Notes: generated by a model from the sequence alone, not told the origin. 64,000 nucleotides of DNA from Streptococcus cristatus (GCA_916438405.1 CAKAFB010000001.1:294223-358222), one strand, 5' to 3'; numbered from the stretch's first letter, positions 11,048-20,879 are shown. Translations and numbers: made by a program.

Positions 11048-12026
11048 GTTAGCCCCCCAAAAAAATCCTCGAGAGGGTACGGAAACGTATTTAAGGAGTG
11101 TATAAAGTTCTTTATATAGTTGGTTAGAACCCTCCATATCCTCGAGAGGGTACGGAAACGGTGTTACTGCATCATCTTGATAATCTTCAATGTATGTTAG
11201 AACCCTCCATATCCTCGAGAGGGGACGGAAACAAAAGCGTGTTGACTTCATATTCAAGAGATTGTTAGTTAGATCCCCCTAAACCTCGCGAGGGTACGGA
11301 AACTTAACACCATCTGAACCTTTAAATAGCGACCAAGTGTTAGAGCCCCCATAATCCTCGAGAGGGTACGGAAACCTATCATGTTAAACAAAAGAGTTCT
11401 AAAACCTCGGTTAGAGCCCCTAATCCTCGCGAGGGTACGGAAACCCAATCGTGCTTGTAGATTGCTAATGAATAAAGGGTTAGAGCCCCCCTAATCCTCG
11501 CGAGGGGATGGAAACTGAACGTAGGCTTTGTAAAACTCTTCTGGTTTTTCCGTTAGAACCCTCCATATCCTCGATAGGGTACGGAAACCTAATAAAACTT
11601 ACAGCAGGGGTAAAGCCCTCAGACAGTTAGAACCCCCTAAACCTCGAGAGGGGACGGAAACTCCTCTTCCTCCAGATGGACGATCCGCACAGCATTTGTT
11701 AGCCCCCAAAAAATCCTCGCGAGGGGACAGAAACATTCTGAGTGTTTCGCTCTGCTTCTGCTTGCGCTTGGTTAGAACCCCCCAATCCTCGCGAGGGTAC
11801 AGAAAAGCATTTTCGATCGGCGCTTTGATCCACTTGAGTTTGTTAGACCCCCCATAATCCTCGCGAGGGAACGGAAACCCGACTTTCACGCTTCCAACCA
11901 ATTTTGTAGTTTTTACGTTAGATTCCCTCTGAACCTCGAGAGGGTACGGAAACTCTCGACCTCGTAGCCGTCAAGCTAAGCGCGAGCGAGTTAGCCCCCC
12001 AAAAAATCCTCGCGAGGGGACGAAGT
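11048..12026 (+). CRISPR. Type III-A CRISPR array: 14 heterogeneous repeats (35-39 bp), 13 spacers (34-38 bp)
   Basis: Consensus GTTAG-variable C/A-rich-CCTCG(A/C)GAGGG(T/G)ACGGAAAC. Repeat starts: 11048, 11123, 11196, 11268, 11339, 11410, 11479, 11552, 11626, 11698, 11771, 11842, 11917, 11990. The 3' half matches the S. thermophilus CRISPR2 repeat end. Confidence 0.95.
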
Positions 12027-12119
12027 AGATGGGGGCTTTTTTACTTTCCCTCAGCTTCTTGCTTTGCCAAGAAAGAAGGATCTTGACTGCTTAAGCTTTT
12101 TTTAAACGCTTCAAAAATA

Positions 12120-12148
12120 TTGACAACGCTTTCAAAACTTGATATAAT
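12120..12148 (+). promoter_or_regulatory. Consensus sigma70 promoter of the cas6-csm operon, with a cre-like site over the -35
   Basis: TTGACA-17 nt-TATAAT with extended TG; TGACAACGCTTTCA at 12121-12134. Confidence 0.8.
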
Positions 12149-12247
12149 AAGCTGAGTAAATAATAATCGTTCTAAAGGGCGCCATGAAATCGGTGAAACA
12201 TACTTTTGCCTTTTTCGGGTGCTTTTGCAGTATAGAGAGGAGATCGT

Positions 12248-12981
12248 GTGAAGAAAGTAGAGTTACATTTATCAAAGACAAGACTAAAAGACAAAGAATT
12301 GGTCAGTAAGCTTCAGGGCTTTTTGATGGCGCAGATTTCGCCAGACTTTGCGACCTTTCTCCACGAGCAGGAGACCAATCCCTATTCGATGAACCTAAGC
12401 TCCACGCGTGATGAGTCGGTGTGGGTTGTCAATTTGCTTTCAGAAGAGGCGGAACAGCAAATGCTAGCTCCTTTATTAAACTTAGAAACCATCAAGCTAG
12501 AGAGCTATGCTGAGGAAATCCTTATCAAAAAGGTGGAAATTCACTCCTTGTCCCAGCAGACCTTGCTGGATATTTACCAAGATGATGATGCTTCCCACCT
12601 GATACGGGTGCATTTTTATACGCCAACGACCTTTAAGCGTCAGGGGCAGTTTGTGCTATTTCCAGACACGCGCCTGATCTTTCAAAGTTTGATGCAAAAA
12701 TACAGTCGACTGGTGGAAGGAAGAGCGGAAATCGAAGAGGAGACCCTACAGTTTTTAGCAGACCATAGCCAAATCACCAGCTATCATCTAAAAAGTCATT
12801 ATTTTCCAATTCATGGACGGAAATACCCCGCCTTTGAAGGCAGGGTGACGATACAGGTAAAGGGAGCATCCACACTAAAGCCTATGCGCAGATGCTCCTA
12901 AGATTCGGTGAGTATGCCGGGGTCGGCACAAAGTGTAGCCTAGGAATGGGGGGGATGAGAATTGAAGAAAGAAAAGATTGA
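12248..12981 (+). CDS. cas6: crRNA-processing endoribonuclease Cas6 (frameshift near 12880)
   Basis: FYTPTTFK motif; G-rich loop GEYAGVGTKCSLGMG in the shifted frame. Confidence 0.93.
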
Positions 12982-15258
12982 TTTGATTTACTGTGCCTTG
13001 TTTCACAATCTTGGCCGTATTGTCAGTCGCTCACTTGGCCAGTCTGATGATATAGACTTAGGAAAAGCATGGTTAAAGGAACAACTTCCTCAGCTGGATT
13101 TGTATGAAGACAGCAGAGCAGGAAAGATCGTTGGCTTAGCAGTTCGTATTGCAAGTGGTTTACCAGATGATAGAAAGGTTATGTCAGATAAACTTTTCTA
13201 CCCTCAAGCAGATATTTTTAATGCTTTCAAAGAGGACAAGGGTTCTCGTTATCAGAAATTTGAAGTTCTGACAGATGATAGTGAACTCAATATTGCCAGC
13301 CACGAAGCAGATGATATTAGTCAGGATTGCTATGAGGAACTGCTGAATATTTTGAAAGAAAAACTACAAGAACTTCCCTTAGAGGAAGAAAACTTGCCAT
13401 CCTTTTTCAATCTTTGGCGGAGGTTGTTTTCGAAAGTACCTTTACTTCCTGGAGACAAGGAGCTGGGAGATCTCTCTTTGGCAGAGCATAGTCGATTAAC
13501 AGTTGCTTTTGCTACTGCGATTTTTGATTATCTGAAAAGTCAAGACCAATATACTCTACTAGATGATGAATCCAAATTTTATAGAGAATCAGCCTTCTTG
13601 CTAGCTAGTTTTGATTTATCTGGCATTCAGGACTTTATCTACAATATCGCCAGCAAAGGGGCTGCTAAGCAACTCAAGGCTCGCAGTCTTTATCTGGAAT
13701 TTATGAGTGAAAATATTGTGGATAGTCTCTTGGAGAAGTTGGCGCTATCACGCGCTAGTGCCCTCTATGTCGGTGGTGGCCATGCCTATTTCGTTCTACC
13801 CAATACAGAAGCTACAGTGGCAGCTTTGGAGCAATTTGAAATAGAATTTAACAGATTCCTCCTGAAGCATTTTCAGACGGGTCTCTATGTTGCTTTTGGT
13901 TGGGCACCATTCGCAGCTGAGCAGATTATGAAGTACCGTTGTGGCTCGGTTGCTAGCTATCTACAACACTATCGCGAGATTTACCAAGAAACTAGTCGGA
14001 TGATTTCTGAAAAGAAAATCTCTCGCTACGATGCAACTACCCTGCGAGAGCTCAATAAGGGTGGTAAGCAGTCTGAACGAGAGTGTGAGATTTGCCATGC
14101 AGTTGGGGAGATTGAGATGCTGCGGATAGTTGTGAGGATGTGCAAAATCTCTGTCCTATTTGTCGTGAGCTTAGAGGATTTGCTGCTAAAATTCATACTT
14201 TTGACGATACTGAAAATCCTGGAAGGGAAGACTATTATTATTTTCAGATTGTAGAGGGAGAAGAAGGACTGCCGATTGGCCCTAAAGCTGTATTGCTGGC
14301 TGTGGATGAAGAAGATATTTCCACCTCAAGTCGCTTATATGTGAAAAATAAATTTTCTACGAACAAGGCTGGTATTCACGTCTTTATAGGAGACCGTCAG
14401 GCAGCGAATATTGAAGACTATGCAGGTCTGTCTCAAAAAGAAATCGAAGGAAATAAGGGAGTAGCTAAGGGAATTAAGCGACTGGCTGTTTTGCGTTTGG
14501 ATGTAGACAATCTAGGTGCAGCTTTTATGGCTGGATTTTCTAAGCAGGAAGGTGGAAGTTATAATACTCTTGCTCGCTCTGCTGTATTTTCTCAGCAGAT
14601 GAGTCTTTTCTTTAAGTTTCACATTAACCAATTTGCAAAGGATAAGAATTTGACGATTATCTATGCAGGTGGTGATGATGTGTTTGCGATTGGCAGCTGG
14701 CAGGATGTTATAGATTTTGCGGTTGATATTAGGCAGAAATTTATTGCTTTTACAAATGGGAAGTTAACCTTATCTGCAGGCGTCGGGCTTTATCCAGATA
14801 AAACTCCGATTCATCTGATGGCTCTGGATGCTGGACAACTTGAAGAGGCCGCCAAGGACAATGGTAAAGATAGTATTTCTCTTTTCAATGAACGGTACAC
14901 TTTCAAGTTTGATGACTTTATTAATGAGATTTACAAAGGGAAATTGAAGGATATTCGGAGATATTTCTCTGGGCAGAAGGAGAGGGGGATAAATTTTCTC
15001 TATCGCTTGGTTGAACTTTTGCAACTTAATGACAAAGAAATGTATAAGTCACACGGATCTTCTGATGATAGAAGGATGAATGTTGCCCGCTTAGCCTACC
15101 TACTGGCGCGAATGGAAGATGAAGCCAGCAAAGAGGAGAAGGAACATTTCAGAGAATTCAAAAATGCTTTTTGGAATTGGTATAAGAGTAGCAGTAAAAC
15201 ACAGAGAGAAGCAGAGTTAGCTCTCATCTACTATCTATATGAGATTAGAAAGGTATAA
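12962..15258 (+). CDS. cas10: Cas10/Csm1 with degenerate HD domain and intact cyclase palm (frameshift near 14120)
   Basis: FDLSGIQDFIY, LKARSLYL, CEICH..CPIC, LDVDNLG, YAGGDD (GGDD at 14668-14679); HD position reads HN. Confidence 0.95.
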
Positions 15259-15262
15259 AAAG

Positions 15263-15778
15263 ATGGCACCGTACGAAAAAAATAAAAATAACCAAAATAA
15301 CGGTGGAAAGAAATTTCCAAACAATCGTAATCAAGATAGATATGGTAATCAAAATAATGAACAAAAATATTTCAAGCTTGAGCCACCTATTTTGACGGAT
15401 GATTATGTCGATAAGGCGGAGAAGGTCATTCATAAGTTAAAGAATTCAGGGAAATATGAAGCAGGGCAAAGCAAAGGTAAGATAAAATTCAATTTAACCA
15501 GTACACAAATTCGTAATTTAGCTGCTTTGACCAGTAATCTTTTTGACGAAAGTAAAACCAAAAATGATATTGAAGAATTAAGAGAAAAAATCTCCTATTT
15601 GAGGATTCAGTTTGTTTACCAATCTGGAAGAGAACCAGCTGTAGAAGATTTTGTTAAAAAAGCAGGTTTATTAGAAGCGTTGACAGAAATTCAAGATATA
15701 CCTAGTTTGCAGCGCTTCTGTCGGTATATGGAAGCTTTGATTGCATATTTTAAATTCAACGGAGGAAGAGATCAATGA
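15263..15778 (+). CDS. csm2: Csm2 small subunit with N/Q-rich N-terminal extension
   Basis: YVDKAEK, LTSTQIRNL, YLRIQFVYQSGRE, FCRYMEALIAYFKF. Confidence 0.93.
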   Translation: MAPYEKNKNNQNNGGKKFPNNRNQDRYGNQNNEQKYFKLEPPILTDDYVDKAEKVIHKLKNSGKYEAGQSKGKIKFNLTSTQIRNLAALTSNLFDESKTKNDIEELREKISYLRIQFVYQSGREPAVEDFVKKAGLLEALTEIQDIPSLQRFCRYMEALIAYFKFNGGRDQ

Positions 15779-16485
15779 CCTATTCAAAAGTAAAAATTTC
15801 AGGAATTATTGAGCTGAAAAGCGGACTTCATATTGGGACCAGTAATGCCTTTGCAGCTATTGGTGCTACCAATAATCCCATTATCAAAGACCCCCTTACG
15901 AATCTTCCCTATATTCCTGGATCCACTTTAAAAGGAAAAATGCGTAGCTTACTTTATCGGACAGTCTATAATAACAATACAACTGATGAATTAAGCAATG
16001 ATAGTGAGGAAATTAGCCGTCTCTTCGGGAATGCAAAAAAATGTAAAATTGGCCGCTTGGTTTTTCGAGATGCCTTTCTAAACAACAAAGAAGAGCTAGA
16101 TAAAAGAGTATCTACATACACAGAAGTTAAGTTTGAAAATACGATCAATCGCATTACAGCTGAAGCAACTCCTCGACAAGTTGAGAGAGCGATCCGCGAA
16201 AGTCAATTTGCTTTTGAGATTATTTATTCTATTCAGGAGAAAGAACCCACTGAGGTCGAAAAGGATATGGAAATCCTCAAAGCTGGTTTTGAATTGTTAG
16301 AGTGGGATTACTTAGGAGGTTCTGGCAGTCGTGGCTATGGTAAAGTGTATTTTAAAGACTTTGAGGTTAAGACTGTCTTTGGTAAATTTAATGAGGATAG
16401 GATTATAGAAGCTCTGAAGCCATATACTAAGGATGAGTCCGATGGTGGAGAAAGTGCAGAGACCCCAGATTCAGAAATTAAGTAA
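15775..16485 (+). CDS. csm3: Csm3 (Cas7) backbone subunit; the catalytic Asp33 position is Asn
   Basis: GLHIG, PYIPGSTLKGKMRSL, TEVKFENTINR, DYLGGSGSRGYG. Confidence 0.95.
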   Translation: MTYSKVKISGIIELKSGLHIGTSNAFAAIGATNNPIIKDPLTNLPYIPGSTLKGKMRSLLYRTVYNNNTTDELSNDSEEISRLFGNAKKCKIGRLVFRDAFLNNKEELDKRVSTYTEVKFENTINRITAEATPRQVERAIRESQFAFEIIYSIQEKEPTEVEKDMEILKAGFELLEWDYLGGSGSRGYGKVYFKDFEVKTVFGKFNEDRIIEALKPYTKDESDGGESAETPDSEIK

Positions 16486-16496
16486 GGAGGTCTGCT

Positions 16497-17405
16497 ATGG
16501 CCTATCAACTCTATAAATTAGATTTTAAGTCTGCGCATTTTGGCGAAGGTCATTTGGATGATTCGGTCATGACTTTCACGGCAGCTCGTCTTTACTCTGC
16601 CTTAGTGCTTGAAGCTATCAAGGCGGGGGTCTTAGATGAGTTTGAGAATTTATCTCGACAGGATGAGTTTGTACTGACTGATGCTTTCCCCTATATGGAA
16701 GCCCCTTATCTCCCTAAGCCAATCGGCTATCCATTATTAGATAGAGTAAACCAAAGTGAAGATATTATCAAACAGCGGGAAGAAGCCAAAAAAGCAAAAA
16801 AGTTAGCTTTTATTAAGCTGGGGGATTTTGACTGCTTTCTATCTGGAAATAGTATCATCGGTGAATATCTGGCTACAAAATCAGTTAACACAAAAAACCA
16901 GCCCTTCCAAGATGGAAATCTTTATCAAGTTGCTTCAGTTCACTTTGATAAAAGCAGTTTGTATTTCATCGCCAGTCAATCTGATTTGTTGGATCGTTTG
17001 TTGGAAAGTCTTCAGTTCAGTGGAATCGGAGGGAAGCGCAGCAGTGGTTACGGTGGTTTTACTCTGGATAAAACTGTTGCCCAGCCACTGGATTTTTTGG
17101 AAAAATTAACTGTTAACCATACAGGAAAAGTAATGACTTTGACAACTTCTTTGCCAGTGGATAGTGATTTGGAAATAGCAATGAATGAGGGGCGTTACTT
17201 ACTGAGAAAGGGAAGTGGCTTTGCATTTAGTGAGAAAATAGAGTCTAATTATCGTAAGCAGAATCTTTACACTTTTAAGGCAGGTTCAACCTTTTCCAAA
17301 ACGTATAATGGTCAAATCTGTGATGTCAGGCCAAGTAATGAGTTTCCTCATCCAGTCTGGCATTATGCTAAACCTTTATTTTATATATTGGAGGAATCCA
17401 AATGA
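16497..17405 (+). CDS. csm4: Csm4 (Cas5)
   Basis: AHFGEG, TDAFPY..YLPKP, GIGGKRSSGYG, HPVWHYAKP. Confidence 0.95.
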   Translation: MAYQLYKLDFKSAHFGEGHLDDSVMTFTAARLYSALVLEAIKAGVLDEFENLSRQDEFVLTDAFPYMEAPYLPKPIGYPLLDRVNQSEDIIKQREEAKKAKKLAFIKLGDFDCFLSGNSIIGEYLATKSVNTKNQPFQDGNLYQVASVHFDKSSLYFIASQSDLLDRLLESLQFSGIGGKRSSGYGGFTLDKTVAQPLDFLEKLTVNHTGKVMTLTTSLPVDSDLEIAMNEGRYLLRKGSGFAFSEKIESNYRKQNLYTFKAGSTFSKTYNGQICDVRPSNEFPHPVWHYAKPLFYILEESK

Positions 17406-18531
17406 AGACAGAATATAGGAAATTTAAGTTGACCCTGTGTACATTGGGACCAGTGCATATTGGGAGTGGTCAGCTTCGTACCGCTCGTGAGTATATCCTT
17501 GAAGGGGACGAGTATTATTTTCCAGATATGACGCTGCTTTATGACGAACTTATCAAACAAGGAATTAATGAAAAATTTGAAAAATTCTTAATTGACTCGG
17601 ATAATAAAACCAATCGAATAAGTGATTTTCTAGCTGAGCATGGCATAACAAAACGTGATTTTGGGGGTTATAGACTTAAAGCAACAGGACTTGAAAAACC
17701 TAAAGGAGACTATGCAACCCGAAATCAGGAAACGACAGATCCAGGAGAAATCAATGGTGTTCATCAATTTATGAGAGATTGTTACGGTAACCCTTATATC
17801 CCGGGCAGCTCTCTTAAAGGTGCTATTCGCACTATTTTGATGAATACACATTGGCACTCAACGAATTTAAGCAGGAAAATAAAAAAGGCAAAATCGTTGA
17901 AAATAAGAAAGCGATTCCTTGGGGACCAACTCGACGGCAGAGATATAAAGAATTAGAACCTTTTGATGATATTTTTAATGAGATTCGTGTCTCAGACAGT
18001 CAGCCTCTGACAAATGATGATTTAATTCTCGTTCAAAAGTGGGATTTTAGTCCAGATAAAGATACAAAGCCGCATTCACTAAGTATCTATCGTGAAGCTC
18101 TGAGACCTGGAACTAAGATGGAATTTGAAATCATTACCGCTTCAGGTTTTAAAGGTGGAAGAGCCGGTGAGCTCGTTGCTTCTCTTGGAGAATATGCACA
18201 AAAATTTTACTTTGGAGTGACAGAAGATGAAGCCTATGAAGGCTACGAAGCTTTCTTTCTAAAGAAATTTCCTAATCATTTAATTCAGAACAATCTATCC
18301 TATCCCCTCTATCTAGGTGGTGGAAGTGGTGCTTGGACCAAAACAGTTTTTAGGCAGGCGGATGGCGAAGTTCAACAACGACATGAGAAAATGTCTGGAC
18401 GAGGAGCTCTAAAATTGACAAAGGCGCCTTTTTTAACCGTTGATGGTGAAATAGAATTAATTAATAATGCAGAGAATTTCTATGAAATGGGCAAAACCTG
18501 TTTTACGATTACGGAGGTAGGTACAAGATGA
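17402..18531 (+). CDS. csm5: Csm5 (frameshift near 17868)
   Basis: LGPVHIGSG, PYIPGSSLKGAIRT, IRVSDS, YLGGGSGAWTKT, YEMG. Confidence 0.93.
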
Positions 18532-19868
18532 AGACATTAATCACATTTATCAGTCAGTATGATCCGATTGGTGTAAAATTTAAACATTCGAAAAAAAAAA
18601 AAAGATGAAACGGGGCGAGAGAAAACGAACGAATTTCGAAGAGCCTTGACTATAGAGGATATTAATAACTACGAGCAAGATGGTTATCGACAGGAAATTT
18701 CGGATGGTCCTGCACTCGTAATTATTAAAGATGAAATGCCTGACAAGCTTATTGTGATATATAGTGATGAGATGAAGGTAAAACAGGAAAACTTTGAAGC
18801 AGCTGTTCAAGCTGTTTACGATGGAAAAGAATCTCCAGTGATACAGAATGAGCATGTAAAAGAAGGGATTCACGAATTTGATACAATGTATAAATTCGTG
18901 GAAGAAATTCTTAACAGAGAAGATATGTCACATGGAGATTATATTTTAAATGTGACGAGTGGTACTCCTCAGTGTCAGGCTGCTATGTATGCTATCAATT
19001 TTATCAAGGATTATCATACAAGACTTGCTCGGGTAGATTCTCCAAATGGTAAGAAAACAAATAGGTCTAATCAGGGCGCTCCTTATTTTGAAGAAGTTGT
19101 TTTAGATGATTTATTGAAAAAGCAAGGAGCAAAATATAGAGATGGGCGTAAACCAGAAATTGAAACAGGTGAAAAATTAAAAAATAATTTACTACAGCGG
19201 ACTTATAAAGATTTCATTTTGAAGTATGAATACAAAGCGGCGTTAGATATCTTAAAGGCAAATCGCGATATCATTTCCAACGAACAAGATTGGGAAGATT
19301 CAAAAAATGTATTGGAAAACATGATTAGTGTTTTTCAAAAACAGAGAGTTCTTAAAGAGCTTGCAGCTGATTCTAAATTGAAATATAATGACACAGGCGA
19401 GTTTCAAAAAGTGTTAAACTATTATCTGATGATTGATATTCTAAACCGTAGAGGTCAAGTGACTGACGTACTAGTCAAGGCAAAATCCTTTGCGGAGTTT
19501 GTCTTAAAATCTGTAATAAAAATAAAATATCCAGATATAAAAAAATTTAATGATAAAAAAATTAAGGATTTCAATATTTTTTTGAATCAATTGATTATCT
19601 AGAATATCATCATGAATATTCTGAATTTAAAACTCCAATTTCAAAAATTATAGCTGTAAATAATCAAAGGAATAAAGTTGCTCATGGCCTAGCTGAGATT
19701 TCAGTGGAGCAAGAGGAATTGGACGAATTGGTGAAGGGATTGAGAGAGCTCGTCATAGCTGCATATTCTGATATAGATGCCTCTTTATATCAGAAATATC
19801 TTAATTATTATGATATAAAGAATCGAGAGTTAATCAGCTGTATTAAACAGACTCCCAACCTTCCCTAG
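18528..19868 (+). CDS. csm6: Csm6 CARF-helical-HEPN ribonuclease (frameshifts at the A13 tract 18591-18603 and a T-run near 19580)
   Basis: MKTLITFISQYDPI, DGPALVII, LNVTSGTPQ (CARF); RNKVAH HEPN motif at 19668-19685; ATGA overlap with csm5. Confidence 0.9.
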
Positions 19869-19968
19869 CCCTTTCCCCCATCTGATAGACCTGAAGGGAA
19901 ACCAAGTTTCAAAAATAGAAAAAACACCTAGATCCTGCAGTAAGTTGCCTGCTTCTAGGTGTTTTACT

Positions 19969-20879
19969 TTATTTATCAAACTGTACTTCCTCAATCAGGT
20001 ACTCGATAAAGCGCTCGCCCATCTTGGACAGGCTGGCTTTTTCGTGCTGGATATAGACCAGCTCGATTGGGTCATCGATATCCAGAGGGATGGAGACGAT
20101 ATTGTCGCCGTTGAGGTTGCTGTTGAGAATACCGGTCGCAATCGTGTAGCCATCCAGACCAATCAAAAAGGTTAAAGAGGGTTGCACGGTCGCTGACGAC
20201 AATGGATTTTTTTATGGTGCTCTTGAGAGAGAATTTCCTCAGAAAAGTAGAAGGAGTTGTGAGTTCCTTGGTCATAGCTGAGGTAGGGAAAGTTTTCTAA
20301 GTCGGATAATTGGACTAGCTTTTTCTTGGCCAGAGGATTGGACTTGCTGACAAAGATATGGGGCTGCGCTGTGAAGAGGTGGGTCGCAATCAGATGGCTA
20401 TCATCCAGCATTTTAGAGAGGACATCACGGTTATAGCTGTTGAGGAAGAGGACGCCGATCTCGCTGCGGAAGTTCTTCACGTCATCAATGATTTCCCAAG
20501 TCCGAGTTTCCCGCAGAAAGAGCTCGTATTTCTCCATGTCGCTTTTTTTAAGCAGGGAGACAAAGGCATTGACCACAAAGGCATAGTGCTGGGCAGAGAC
20601 GCTAAAAAGCTCGCGGTGGGCGACAGGATTTTTGTATCGCTCTTCTAAAAGCTGAGTCTGCTCCACCACTTGGCGAGCATAGGAAAGAAACTCCATGCCG
20701 TCCTTGGTCAAGGTAATTCCTTTGGGATTGCGAATAAAAATCTCGATGCCCATTTCATTTTCCAAATCCCGCACAGCGTTGGACAAGCTAGGCTGGGTGA
20801 TAAAAAGTTGCTTGGCAGCTTCGTTCATGCTACCTGTCTCGACGATTTTGATAATGTAGTGTAATTGTTGAATTCTCAT
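19969..20879 (-). CDS. cpsY: LysR-family regulator CpsY (frameshift near 20210)
   Basis: MRIQQLHYIIKIVETGSMNEAAKQLFITQPSLS helix-turn-helix. Confidence 0.88.

Noticed and set aside
10994..11901. Minus-strand ORFs 10994-11257 and 11599-11901
   Set aside because: They are translations through CRISPR repeats and spacers.
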